Shown here in pieces: positions 40,520 to 49,768 of a DNA stretch of 64,000 nucleotides (the stretch's first letter is position 1; each line of letters starts with the position of its first letter). The position numbers and the translations under genes were made by a program. A model generated the notes under the pieces. It saw only the letters and a program-made list of their open reading frames with translations. It did not search any database and was not told where the DNA came from. The stretch covers positions 166,617 through 230,616 of the forward strand of contig JBDSNU010000018.1 of assembly GCA_039915165.1 (NCBI GenBank), read 5' to 3'. The DNA is from Minisyncoccota bacterium (GTDB taxonomy: Bacteria; Patescibacteriota; Minisyncoccia; Phycocordibacterales; UBA9973).

Positions 40520-40543
40520 TGTGCGTTACTAAGCAAAGCACAT
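40520..40543 (+). repeat. REP-like palindromic repeat L1 (tgtgcgttactaagcaaagcacat)
   Basis: near-identical to copy at 41251 and inverted relative to 40588 copy. Confidence 0.7.
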
Positions 40544-40587
40544 TTATAAAATATTCATATATATTTGATGGGTAGTTTTCTACAATA

Positions 40588-40612
40588 ATGTGCTTTGCTT
40601 AGCAACGCACAT
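40588..40612 (-). repeat. REP-like repeat L2 (inverted copy, atgtgctttgcttagcaacgcacat)
   Basis: reverse complement of L1 with 1 mismatch; abuts transposase ATG. Confidence 0.7.
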
Positions 40613-41251
40613 ATGAGAAAAGAAAAAATAACAACAGGAGAGTATTATCATATTTATAATAGAGGTATACATAAACAAACGATATTTCATGATCGTTCGG
40701 ATTATGCACGCTTTCTTTTTCTTGTGCTCTATTTTCAATCAGAAGTAATTTTAAAGAATGTCTCGAGGATGATTATTGGATATTTGAAAAATATGTACTT
40801 TTCTATACAAAATAAAGATTTACAAGAAATACTTCATCATAAAACAATTGAAATAATTGCATTTTGTATTATGCCAAATCATTTTCACATTCTGATTAAA
40901 CAATTAAAAGATGACGGTACTTCATCATATATGCACCGCGTACTGGGAGGGTATTCAAGATACTATAACAATAAATATGGTACAACTGGGCATATATTTC
41001 AAGCAACATACAAATCTGTACTCGTAAAAAATAATATTCAACTGCTCTACCTAACAGCATATATTCATAGAAATCCTCGCTCGCTATCTCTTTGGTATGG
41101 AAAAGAATTGCAGTATGAATGGTCTAGTTATCAAGATTATTGTGGAACTAATCGGTTTGGCGAGCTTGTATTATTCTCTGTTATCCTCAATCAATTTCAT
41201 CTTAAAAGCGCATACTATTCATTTGTTGAATCAAGTCCCGCAAAAGAGTAA
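40613..41251 (+). CDS. IS200/IS605-type Y1 (HUH) transposase, REP-associated (RAYT-like)
   Basis: HUH 'MPNHFHILI'; catalytic Tyr context 'AYIHRNP'; flanked by REP-like repeats. Confidence 0.65.
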   Translation: MRKEKITTGEYYHIYNRGIHKQTIFHDRSDYARFLFLVLYFQSEVILKNVSRMIIGYLKNMYFSIQNKDLQEILHHKTIEIIAFCIMPNHFHILIKQLKDDGTSSYMHRVLGGYSRYYNNKYGTTGHIFQATYKSVLVKNNIQLLYLTAYIHRNPRSLSLWYGKELQYEWSSYQDYCGTNRFGELVLFSVILNQFHLKSAYYSFVESSPAKE

Positions 41252-41275
41252 TGTGCGTTGCTAAGCAAAGCACAT
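41251..41275 (+). repeat. REP-like repeat R1 (atgtgcgttgctaagcaaagcacat)
   Basis: same orientation as L1, 1 mismatch; begins at the transposase stop. Confidence 0.7.
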
Positions 41276-41347
41276 CCTATGGAGGTTTTTGTTTTCTTGA
41301 CTAAAAAACTGACAATGGTAAGGTGAAGAAAACAAAAAATTACCACT

Positions 41348-41701
41348 ATGGCAGACTTGAAAAAAGTAGTACTGAAAGAATACTCTGATCGGATTATAAA
41401 ATTTGTTCCTTCGGATGAAATCAATGGATGTAGTGAAATCATCCCAGATCAAAAAACAAAAGTTGTTGTACACGAAAAAACGTACCGAGGTGAATCTATA
41501 TATGATCCTGGGTTGGAAGATAGTGTAAAAGTCAGAAATATTACCGCAGCAGACGTTGCTGCTATTCTGGCAAACAATGGAGAATGTTTTGTCCAAGTTA
41601 ATCACAATGGAGAATTACGAATGCCTAGTAATGGTTCTGGTCGCAAAATGCTGGTGATACATTTAACCAAGGAAGTAGTTACTGAAGGTCTTGCTAGTTA
41701 A
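41348..41701 (+). CDS. hypothetical protein
   Basis: 117-aa ORF with terminator-like hairpin downstream. Confidence 0.35.
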   Translation: MADLKKVVLKEYSDRIIKFVPSDEINGCSEIIPDQKTKVVVHEKTYRGESIYDPGLEDSVKVRNITAADVAAILANNGECFVQVNHNGELRMPSNGSGRKMLVIHLTKEVVTEGLAS

Positions 41702-41746
41702 CTGTGTACTAAACCCTCGCTATTCGTAGTGGGGGTTTTATTATTG

Positions 41747-41819
41747 AGCCGTTGATCGGGATTGAACCGATGACCTCATTCTTACCATGAATGTGCTCTA
41801 CCAACTGAGCTACAACGGC
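41747..41819 (-). tRNA. tRNA-Thr (GGT)
   Basis: acceptor GCCGTTG/CAACGGC, anticodon stem CATTC/GAATG loop ATGGTAA, T-arm ATCGG-TTCAATC-CCGAT. Confidence 0.8.
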
Positions 41820-41935
41820 GAGCGAAAGATATTCAGGAGCTTGCTCATGGAATATCAGAGCGAAGCCGTTGCAGTGATAGCTACAACGGCAGACTAATAC
41901 TACCTACTTCCTCGCTCCTAAAAGATACCACGACT

Positions 41936-41980
41936 AATAAAAAACGCCACTTATTTTTAATAAGTGGCGTTGTCTGTTTT
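41936..41980 (-). terminator. rho-independent terminator (for minus gene 41991-42566; also hairpin+T on plus)
   Basis: hairpin acgccacttatt-ttt-aataagtggcgt between A7 and T-rich tract. Confidence 0.7.
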
Positions 41981-41990
41981 AGCTAACGAT

Positions 41991-42566
41991 TTAATAATCG
42001 ATAGCAAAGGACTTTGCGGCCTGAAACACTGAATACTTTCGCCGTTGTAAAAGTTTCCGGTCTTTTAGAAAAACTTTTACTAACGCAAATGCTTCATATA
42101 CCACAGAGCGCCAATACTTTCTAGTCGGTGCCCCAACAAAGTGGATAGTAAATCCACCAATCAGTGACCAAATGTACTCAATCCTTATTTGATGTGTTTT
42201 TGAGGAAACAACAAATAATTCATCCACATTGAGCTCTTCCAGGAATAGGGCAGTAGCAAGGCTTTCATTTGAGGTGTTCCACACATCAGGTCCGATTAGA
42301 GTGATAGTAGGAATGTAACTAATACTGCCATTGTTGTACAGTGCCGTCAGATCAGATTGTAGTCGATCTCCCGTTAGTGCTTTCAATTGAGGATAACTGG
42401 CGTAAATAGGATGACTGCCCGCAGCAAGCAAAATTTCGAATCGATACTCAGTATGAGTAGTGATGAAACCCCGTAGCTCTTTTTTGCGGAATAAACTTTC
42501 GAGACCCAAACGGGTTCCTTTATAGCAGGTATCCCCGCCATAAAGAAGAATATAGGTTTTTTTCAA
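41991..42566 (-). CDS. YdcF/DUF218-family protein
   Basis: 'ILLYGGD' and 'FVVSSKTHQIR' DUF218-like motifs. Confidence 0.45.
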   Translation of the reverse strand: MKKTYILLYGGDTCYKGTRLGLESLFRKKELRGFITTHTEYRFEILLAAGSHPIYASYPQLKALTGDRLQSDLTALYNNGSISYIPTITLIGPDVWNTSNESLATALFLEELNVDELFVVSSKTHQIRIEYIWSLIGGFTIHFVGAPTRKYWRSVVYEAFALVKVFLKDRKLLQRRKYSVFQAAKSFAIDY

Positions 42567-42665
42567 GCGGTAATTTTTTCTTAAGATTACAACATTTTAC
42601 GTTATTGTCAATAAAATTTGTCAGATAGCATTGATCACGGTAAAGTTAAGAAAAATATAATAATT

Positions 42666-43037
42666 ATGAGTAGTGTACAAACTGTAAGTAGGTTGCCCGG
42701 TTCAAGTAAAACCACAGCGGAGCTCAAATCTTTTTTGTTGAAATTTTATTCGACATATAAACGATTTAACAATGCTGGTAATGCAGCACAGCAAAAAAAG
42801 TTTAATGAAATTGTTGTTGTGCTCAATCGTGTAGCAAAAAATGCCAAGCTTGATGAGATTGATTCCATTTACTGGAATGAAGAGTCCTTATTGGTATCTG
42901 AGGTTTTTATGTCATCAGGGGATGCACGGACTGCTGTCATTGGTTTTTATCGCGTTTACAGGATTACCTCTTGGGGTGATGAAAACGATGCCATTTTGCT
43001 CGATGACTTGTTGCAATCACCGCTACTGAAACTGTAA
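42666..43037 (+). CDS. hypothetical protein
   Basis: ORF-track start is TTG at 42618; first ATG 42666. Confidence 0.35.
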   Translation: MSSVQTVSRLPGSSKTTAELKSFLLKFYSTYKRFNNAGNAAQQKKFNEIVVVLNRVAKNAKLDEIDSIYWNEESLLVSEVFMSSGDARTAVIGFYRVYRITSWGDENDAILLDDLLQSPLLKL

Positions 43038-43046
43038 ATGTAAAAT

Positions 43047-43070
43047 GGGCCCCGTAAAAGGGGCTTTTTA
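43047..43070 (+). terminator. rho-independent terminator
   Basis: gcccc-gtaaaa-ggggc + TTTTT. Confidence 0.65.
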
Positions 43071-43119
43071 CTACATGGGCTTTATTTTTTTCAAATTTCA
43101 TGTATAATTGCGGTTCATT

Positions 43120-44922
43120 ATGGAAATCAGAAACATTGCAATTATTGCGCACGTTGACCACGGCAAAACAACATTAACTGACAAAATGCTCGCATTTTGT
43201 GGTGAAATCTTGGATGGCGGATCAATGGACTCAAACCAAATTGAACGTGAACGCGGCATTACTATTTATGCAAAAAACACCGCTGTAACGTACAAGGGAA
43301 CAAAAATTAATATTGTGGACACACCAGGACACGCCGACTTCGGTTCAGAAGTTGAACGTGTGCTTCGATCTATCGACTCTGTGTTGTTGATCGTGGATGC
43401 CCAAGAAGGCCCAATGCCTCAAACACGCTTCGTATTGAAGAAATCACTCGAACTCGGTCTTAAGCCAATCGTAGTGATCAACAAAATCGACAAGCCAGGT
43501 TCAGACACTGCTGCTACTCATGATGCAGTATTTGAATTGTTCATGGAACTTGGTGCGAACGACGAACAGCTCGACTTCACTACTGTGTATGCTATCGGTC
43601 GCGATGGTGTTGCAATGATCAAGCCAGAAGACGAACGCAAAGACCTTAGTCCTTTGTTCGATACTATTCTTGAAAAAGTTACTGTTGCTGCAAATGATAC
43701 CTCAAAGGCATTCCGTATGCAGGCATTTAACCTTGCATATGATAACTTCCTCGGACGTTTGGCTGTTGGCCGCGTGTACGAAGGCATCGTGAAGGCTGGA
43801 GACACTGTATACATCCAAAGTGAAGGCGCAGAAACTCGTACTGCAAAAATTACAAAATTGTTTACATTCCACGGCTTTACTCGTGAAGAAGGAACACAAG
43901 CAGAAGCGGGCGACATTGTTATGCTTGCTGGTATTCCAGACATCTTTATTGGTGAAACTATCAGTACTATAAAAGAAATGGAATTGCTTCCAGCGATTAC
44001 TATCGATGAACCTACTATCGTATTGGACTTCTTGGTTAACAACTCTCCATTTGCTGGTAAAGAAGGGAAGTTCGTTACTTCTCGTCAGATCCGCGAACGT
44101 CTAGAACGCGAGCTTGAAGTGAACGTTGGCTTGAAGGTTGATTTCTCTTCAGATGAAAACCGTATTGCTGAAGGGTTCAAAGTATTTGGACGTGGCGAAA
44201 TGCACATCGCCGTATTGCTTGAAACAATGCGTCGTGAAGGATATGAAATCCAGATCTCACAGCCACAGGTTATTATCAAAGATATCGATGGTGTGAAGAG
44301 TGAACCGTTTGAAGAAGTTACTATCGATGCTCCCGCTGACCACCAAGGAGTGATCATTGAAAAGCTTGGTATGCGCGGATTCATCATGGCTGACATGAAC
44401 CTCAAGAACTCAACAGTTCGTATGGTATTCACTGGTCCTACTCGTGGATTGCTCGGTTACCGTAACCAGTTCCTCGTGGACACAAAGGGTGAAGGTATCA
44501 TGTCATCACGTGTTCTTGGCTTCAAGAAATACGCTGGTGAAATTACTCGTCGTCAGGTTGGTTCTATGATTTCAATGGAATCAGGTAAGGCATTGGCCTT
44601 CGCACTCTGGGGTCTTCAGGATCGCGGCGTACTGTACATCACTCCTACAACAGAAGTGTATGAAGGTATGGTGATCGGTAACACTTCTAAGGGTGAAGAA
44701 ATGAAAGTGAACCCAACTAAGGGTAAGCAGCTTACTAACATGCGTGCATCAGGTTCTGATGAAGCGGTGACTATCATTCCACCATGGATCATGACTATCG
44801 AACGCGGACTTGAAGTAATGATGGATGATGAATTCCTAGAAGTTACTCCATTGTCAGTTCGTCTCCGTAAACAATTCTTGAACGATACAGAGCGCACAAA
44901 AGCTCGCCGTCCAAAACAATAA
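43120..44922 (+). CDS. typA: translational GTPase TypA/BipA
   Basis: G1 '[10 protein letters not shown]', G3 'DTPGH', G4 'NKID'; 600-aa EF-G-like architecture. Confidence 0.9.
   Translation: MEIRNIAIIAHVDHGKTTLTDKMLAFCGEILDGGSMDSNQIERERGITIYAKNTAVTYKGTKINIVDTPGHADFGSEVERVLRSIDSVLLIVDAQEGPMPQTRFVLKKSLELGLKPIVVINKIDKPGSDTAATHDAVFELFMELGANDEQLDFTTVYAIGRDGVAMIKPEDERKDLSPLFDTILEKVTVAANDTSKAFRMQAFNLAYDNFLGRLAVGRVYEGIVKAGDTVYIQSEGAETRTAKITKLFTFHGFTREEGTQAEAGDIVMLAGIPDIFIGETISTIKEMELLPAITIDEPTIVLDFLVNNSPFAGKEGKFVTSRQIRERLERELEVNVGLKVDFSSDENRIAEGFKVFGRGEMHIAVLLETMRREGYEIQISQPQVIIKDIDGVKSEPFEEVTIDAPADHQGVIIEKLGMRGFIMADMNLKNSTVRMVFTGPTRGLLGYRNQFLVDTKGEGIMSSRVLGFKKYAGEITRRQVGSMISMESGKALAFALWGLQDRGVLYITPTTEVYEGMVIGNTSKGEEMKVNPTKGKQLTNMRASGSDEAVTIIPPWIMTIERGLEVMMDDEFLEVTPLSVRLRKQFLNDTERTKARRPKQ
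44898..44922 (+). repeat. direct repeat copy 1 (aaagctcgccgtccaaaacaataag; last 8 codons + stop of typA)
   Basis: identical 25-mer recurs at 45467-45491. Confidence 0.85.
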
Positions 44923-45004
44923 GGTTGACGTTTCGTCGCAGAGGAAATATACTCTCAACGTACTACACCTTCGGGTTTGCCCTGACAACATCAGGGAGAA
45001 TTAT

Positions 45005-45043
45005 AAAAAAGCTGTTAGAATAAATTTCTAACAGCTTTTTTTA
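45005..45043. terminator. bidirectional terminator inside inserted segment
   Basis: hairpin agctgttaga-ataaatt-tctaacagct between A6 and T7. Confidence 0.7.
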
Positions 45044-45401
45044 TTACCTCAAAAGTAACTTTATCTAGCATTGTTATTTTGTTGGTAAATCGTTTTGCAT
45101 CAATGAGACGAATTTGAGATATAGCAGCATATGTTTCTTTTCTATCAATAATCCCAATTGAGATGCGGTAAAAGCTCTCATTCCCAGCCGTTGTAAGAGG
45201 GACTACAAAACACATATCGGGCCCAAACTTTTTAATGATTAAAACAGGTCTCTCATAGTTACTACCCTTACCGTCTATTTCGATTCCGATATTAATGCCA
45301 AGTGATGTCCACCAAATGTCGCGGAGATGATAAAATTTAGTTTTTCTAGAATTAATATATTTCTTCTTTTTATTCCAAGAATCAAAATCCTTTTCGGTCA
45401 T
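45015..45401 (-). CDS. MazF/PemK-family endoribonuclease toxin-like protein (no adjacent antitoxin)
   Basis: 'WWTSLGINIGIEIDGKGSNYERPVLIIKKF' and 'CFVVPLTT' match PemK/MazF core. Confidence 0.6.
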   Translation of the reverse strand: MTEKDFDSWNKKKKYINSRKTKFYHLRDIWWTSLGINIGIEIDGKGSNYERPVLIIKKFGPDMCFVVPLTTAGNESFYRISIGIIDRKETYAAISQIRLIDAKRFTNKITMLDKVTFEVIKKAVRNLF

Positions 45402-45466
45402 TTTAAGATTGTATCTCTTCGCTCATTAAGAATAATAAAAGAGAAGATAAAGTACATCTTTAATTT

Positions 45467-45491
45467 AAAGCTCGCCGTCCAAAACAATAAG
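45467..45491 (+). repeat. direct repeat copy 2 (aaagctcgccgtccaaaacaataag)
   Basis: perfect 25/25 match to typA 3' end; followed by a strong terminator. Confidence 0.85.
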
Positions 45492-45522
45492 AAAAAGGCC
45501 GACAGATGTCGGCCTTTTGTGT
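45491..45522. terminator. bidirectional terminator (probable ancestral typA terminator)
   Basis: hairpin aggccgacagatgtcggcct + TTTTGTGTG; A-tract upstream. Confidence 0.7.
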
Positions 45523-45534
45523 GGGTGAGAAACA

Positions 45535-45861
45535 TTACATAAGATAGTGATCTTCTGTACTGCGTTGCCAGCGGTCTTTAATTTTTTTAAAAAAGTAATC
45601 CTTTTTGTTTATTTGTAATTTAACAGCCGGGATGAACGGATGAACACATACTATATACGAATGTTTATTATAGCCGTGTTTTATAATGAGAGCTTCCACT
45701 GCTGATGCGGCATGGTCATTATCTACATTATTAAGGCAATAAGGAACCCATATACCAATGAATACATCTAGGGTTACAGCGGTACGAAATGATCGAATAG
45801 TAATATAGAGCACTATGCCTACTATAAGTACTGCAATACTAATCCAACGTAATATTTCCAT
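45535..45861 (-). CDS. hypothetical membrane protein
   Basis: N-terminal TM 'WISIAVLIVGIVLYITI'. Confidence 0.35.
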   Translation of the reverse strand: MEILRWISIAVLIVGIVLYITIRSFRTAVTLDVFIGIWVPYCLNNVDNDHAASAVEALIIKHGYNKHSYIVCVHPFIPAVKLQINKKDYFFKKIKDRWQRSTEDHYLM

Positions 45862-45913
45862 ATTTTTTCTTTTTTGCAACATTACAATTTTTCTGCTAGT
45901 ATGTCAACTGATT

Positions 45914-46621
45914 ATGAACGAGAAGCGACTCAAAGAATTTTGGAATAGAGAATATAGAGACCCGGAATTTTTCGCATTGTCGGAAGAAGCTAGTTCTGAT
46001 TTGCAGAAGTTTACTCGTTGGGCGATGAAAGAATATGGGAGAGATGTGTTGCGCCCTGAGATTACCGTGCTTGATGCTGGTTGTGGTAATGGTCGCAATT
46101 TGCTGTGGATGAATAAAATGTTCCACATGAAGGGTACTGGCTTTGATATCTCTGAAGTAGCGATCGCACAGGCAGCAAAGAATGCTGAGCTTCAGCAGTT
46201 TGGCAACAAGCTCATTTTTAAGGTGCACTCTATTGCACTAGATATTCCATTGCCAGATGAGTCTGTAGACTTCGTGCTCGATATGATGACCTCTCACTTT
46301 TTAAAAGAAAAAGAACGCGCGATTTATTTCAAAGAAGTTGCTCGCGTATTGAAACCACAAGGTGTGTTATTTTTTAAATCATTCTTTATGGAGGGTGATC
46401 AACATGCCAAGGACTTGGTAAAAAATGAAAGTGCTGGCGAACATAATGCCTACATCCACCCACGTTTGAAAGTGTACGAATATGTTTGGACTGATGAAGC
46501 ATTGCACGAAACATTTGGTGATCAATTCATCATGATGCACCGCGAACTTTCTCATAAACACAATATTCGCGGCAAGCCAAATAAGCGTCGATCAGTAGTG
46601 TGTTATTTCGAAAAGAAATAA
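45914..46621 (+). CDS. class I SAM-dependent methyltransferase
   Basis: motif I 'VLDAGCGNGRN'. Confidence 0.75.
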   Translation: MNEKRLKEFWNREYRDPEFFALSEEASSDLQKFTRWAMKEYGRDVLRPEITVLDAGCGNGRNLLWMNKMFHMKGTGFDISEVAIAQAAKNAELQQFGNKLIFKVHSIALDIPLPDESVDFVLDMMTSHFLKEKERAIYFKEVARVLKPQGVLFFKSFFMEGDQHAKDLVKNESAGEHNAYIHPRLKVYEYVWTDEALHETFGDQFIMMHRELSHKHNIRGKPNKRRSVVCYFEKK

Positions 46622-46645
46622 AAAGCCTCGTGGTATACTAATCAC

Positions 46646-47149
46646 ATGAAAAACAGTCGCGGCTTCACTCTCATTGAGCTATTGGTAGTTATTGCTATTA
46701 TCGGTATCTTGGCATCGGTAGTCTTGAGCTCTCTTAGTACAGCGCGCATCAAGGGGCGAGATGCCAGAAGGCTCTCAGATATGCATCAACTACAGATAGC
46801 ACTTGAAATGTATTATAGTCAATATGGTGTATATCCAGTCGGTAATGCGGGCAGTGATCGATCAGAATGGATCAACAGTAATGGATACGGCGCGCTCAAT
46901 CCACTCGGTGCTTTGATAGACAATTCAATGATTCCTAAACTTCCGTATGACCCGGGTACTAATGGATACAAAGGACCTAGTGGTTGTGGCGGTGCGCAAT
47001 TTTATTCTTATTGGTCTGATGGTACCAATTATTTACTTGGTGCAGTGCAAGAAATGAAAGATCATTCAGGATGTACACAAATTGGTAACTGGAATGGGCC
47101 TGCAGATGCAAACTACACCTATCAATACTACATCCGCGTAGGCGTATAA
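46646..47149 (+). CDS. type IV pilin (second, orphan prepilin)
   Basis: 'RGFTLIELLVVIAIIGILASVVLSSL' prepilin signal. Confidence 0.8.
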   Translation: MKNSRGFTLIELLVVIAIIGILASVVLSSLSTARIKGRDARRLSDMHQLQIALEMYYSQYGVYPVGNAGSDRSEWINSNGYGALNPLGALIDNSMIPKLPYDPGTNGYKGPSGCGGAQFYSYWSDGTNYLLGAVQEMKDHSGCTQIGNWNGPADANYTYQYYIRVGV

Positions 47150-47152
47150 ATA

Positions 47153-47185
47153 AAAATCCTCCCAATTACGGGAGGTGTTTTTTTG
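47153..47185 (+). terminator. rho-independent terminator
   Basis: cctccc-aattac-gggagg + TGTTTTTTTG. Confidence 0.75.
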
Positions 47186-47190
47186 TGTTC

Positions 47191-47418
47191 TCATACCAAT
47201 CTTTTTTTAAGTAAGGAAAGGTACATTCGCCATTTTCTAACAAAATCTAACAGGTCGATTTCTTGATTGGTGATAATGACTACACCGGACTCAGGGCATC
47301 CTTCGCAGGCTACCGGCTCTGTGGTGCCATTAACAATCTCGATACCGGCGAGAAATAATGTTTTTAAAAATTTCCGGTTTTTAAGTAATCCTCGGTCGCG
47401 AAATGAATATATTCTCAT
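47191..47418 (-). CDS. hypothetical small protein
   Basis: 75-aa ORF, 'CEGCPESG'. Confidence 0.3.
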   Translation of the reverse strand: MRIYSFRDRGLLKNRKFLKTLFLAGIEIVNGTTEPVACEGCPESGVVIITNQEIDLLDFVRKWRMYLSLLKKRLV

Positions 47419-47460
47419 GATGGTTAAGTTTTCTTTACTATAACGAACTATTAAATAAAG

Positions 47461-47503
47461 TCAACAAATGAAAAGCCCCTAACCACATTGTATGGTTAAG
47501 GGA
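47461..47503 (-). terminator. terminator for minus-strand gene 47515-48072
   Basis: cccctaacca-cattgta-tggttaaggg, T-rich 3' on minus strand. Confidence 0.5.
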
Positions 47504-47514
47504 AGGAGGTACGG

Positions 47515-48072
47515 TCATGCAGCCTGTTTGCTCTGTACTACAATCGGTAGTTGCAAAATTTGAGCAAGGTGGGGAAATTTTGCAACCAACATATGCAACT
47601 TAAGCAACATCTTTTTTTGCAGAGAAAGAATTTCTCTCCCTTCGAGAAATGCCAGGCCTTTTTTAGTAAGAAAAGTCTTGTTACTAAAATAGCCAAGCTG
47701 AGATTGATGTGGAGAGATAATTAATTCTAACTCCTGTTTGCCGTTGAAGTAGATCCTCCGTTTTACCAAAAGATGTACATAGGAAAACTTAGACTGTTGC
47801 GCTTCAATCAAAAGGTTTTCAGGAATGTTTTTCATTTGATGTAGTCGATGGTCGACAACCAATTTGTTAGAAAGATCTTTTCTTAACAGAAAAAAGCGTG
47901 ATGGGCACACCCTCATGTGCGCAACTTTAATTATTGCCGTACATGGATAATCAACATATGGCTGGCTCTTGTCATATTCAAAGATTGAATCGACCATGCT
48001 TACCGTTTTGAGAATGGTTTCTGAAGAAAAAGCGATGTTTGTTTTCTCGTAATCTAAATAGTTTTTTCTCAT
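47515..48072 (-). CDS. hypothetical protein
   Basis: ~185-aa ORF, no recognisable motif. Confidence 0.35.
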   Translation of the reverse strand: MRKNYLDYEKTNIAFSSETILKTVSMVDSIFEYDKSQPYVDYPCTAIIKVAHMRVCPSRFFLLRKDLSNKLVVDHRLHQMKNIPENLLIEAQQSKFSYVHLLVKRRIYFNGKQELELIISPHQSQLGYFSNKTFLTKKGLAFLEGREILSLQKKMLLKLHMLVAKFPHLAQILQLPIVVQSKQAA

Positions 48073-48156
48073 GATTAAGGAATTTTTTACCAGTATGCAA
48101 CAGAACAGTTTCAAAGTAAAGAACTCCAGCGGTGATTTATTTGGTACAGTATTGAG

Positions 48157-49038
48157 GTGAATAAAGAGGCTATAAATGAACGGATTGAGACAATTGAAAC
48201 TGCTATGGCCGGCGGAGATTTTTGGAATGACAAAAATGCTGCTCAGGCTATGATCAAAGAGTTACAAGAACTAAAGGATTCTTTGGAAGGGTTAGGTAAG
48301 TACGACAAAGGTAATGCAGTCATAAATATTTATGCCGGTGCAGGCGGCGATGACTCTGAAGATTTTGTTGGTATGTTGTTTACGATGTACATGCGGTATG
48401 CAGAAAAAAAGGGCTGGCACATTGCCTCAATGGAACAACATGCCAATGATCAAGGAGGGTATCGCAATATGACTTTTGCTGTTGAAGGAAAACGAGCGTA
48501 CGGTACGCTGAAAAATGAATCAGGAGTACATCGACTGATTCGCATTTCACCGTTTAATGCAAACGGTAAACGCCAGACATCCTTTGCAATGGTGGAAGTG
48601 ATTCCTGAATTTTCAAAAGCTGATACGGAAATAATTATTCCGGCTGATGACTTAGAATTTTCATTTGCTCGTTCAGGTGGACCCGGTGGACAAAATGTTA
48701 ACAAGCGAGAAACAGCCGTGCGTATTGTACACAAACCAACAGGGCTCTCTGTTCATACTACAAGCGAACGCAGTCAGGAACAAAATAAAGAAAAAGCAAT
48801 GGATTTATTGAAAGGTAAATTGTATAAGCGACAAGAAGAAATCCGTAAGGCTTCAGAACAAGGTATGCAGATTTCTAAAACCACAGAAAATGAATGGGGT
48901 AGTCAGATCCGCACCTACACACTGCATCCTGATAAGCGAGTGAAGGACCACCGTACTGGTGTCGAAATAAATAATGCAGAAGCAGTGCTTGAACGTGGGG
49001 ATATTGATGAGTTTATCGAAGCGGAATCCTTCCTTTAG
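48157..49038 (+). CDS. prfB: peptide chain release factor 2 (compact form, GTG start, no frameshift site evident)
   Basis: 'SPF' tripeptide (RF2-specific) and '[10 protein letters not shown]' GGQ motif; in-frame stop 24 nt upstream of GTG. Confidence 0.8.
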   Translation: MNKEAINERIETIETAMAGGDFWNDKNAAQAMIKELQELKDSLEGLGKYDKGNAVINIYAGAGGDDSEDFVGMLFTMYMRYAEKKGWHIASMEQHANDQGGYRNMTFAVEGKRAYGTLKNESGVHRLIRISPFNANGKRQTSFAMVEVIPEFSKADTEIIIPADDLEFSFARSGGPGGQNVNKRETAVRIVHKPTGLSVHTTSERSQEQNKEKAMDLLKGKLYKRQEEIRKASEQGMQISKTTENEWGSQIRTYTLHPDKRVKDHRTGVEINNAEAVLERGDIDEFIEAESFL

Positions 49039-49076
49039 TGTTCAGGATCTTATGAGCCGTGCTATAATGAAAACTC

Positions 49077-49757
49077 ATGATTAAGTTTGTAAACGTATCA
49101 AAGGCATATCCCAACGGCTCAGTAGCATTGGAAAATGTAAATCTTGAAATCGGCAAAGGCGAGTTCGTTACTATTGTTGGACCTTCTGGTGCCGGAAAAA
49201 CCACATTGAACAAATTGATGTTGGCTGAAGAAGAACCAACTGAAGGCTCTATCTTATTTGAGAATGACGATATCAATACTTTTAATAGTGGACAAATCAC
49301 ACGCCTACGACGTCGCATTGGTACAGTTTTCCAGGAATTCCGCTTATTGCCCAATAAAACTGCATATGAAAATATTGCATTCGCTATGGAGGCAGCAGGT
49401 AAGAGTGATGAAGAAATTGTTTCTGATGTTCCTCATGTGTTACAGCTCGTTGATCTTCAAGATCGTATGTTCCATTTCCCAGGACAGTTATCCGGTGGTG
49501 AGAAACAACGCCTGGCTATTGCTCGCGCTATTATCAATCAACCAGAGGTGTTGATTGCTGACGAACCAACAGGTAACCTCGACTCTCGCAATACTGCAGA
49601 GGTGATTGAGATTTTGAAAAAGATTAACGATTTAGGAACTACCGTTGTGCTTACTACTCATGATCCACAATTGATTAAAGCAGTAGGGCAGCGTATTATC
49701 AGTATGGAGCGAGGGCGTGTAGTTGGGGATGACTCAAAGGCACAAACTACTATATAA
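49077..49757 (+). CDS. ftsE: cell-division ABC ATPase FtsE
   Basis: Walker A 'GPSGAGKTT', signature 'LSGGEKQR', Walker B 'LIADEPTGNLD'. Confidence 0.85.
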   Translation: MIKFVNVSKAYPNGSVALENVNLEIGKGEFVTIVGPSGAGKTTLNKLMLAEEEPTEGSILFENDDINTFNSGQITRLRRRIGTVFQEFRLLPNKTAYENIAFAMEAAGKSDEEIVSDVPHVLQLVDLQDRMFHFPGQLSGGEKQRLAIARAIINQPEVLIADEPTGNLDSRNTAEVIEILKKINDLGTTVVLTTHDPQLIKAVGQRIISMERGRVVGDDSKAQTTI

Positions 49758-49768
49758 TACCTATACAT

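Noticed and set aside
48095-48160. Short upstream frame considered as an RF2 frameshift exon
   Set aside because: Wrong phase for a +1 shift. No CTT-TGA-C motif. The peptide is unlike RF2 N-termini.
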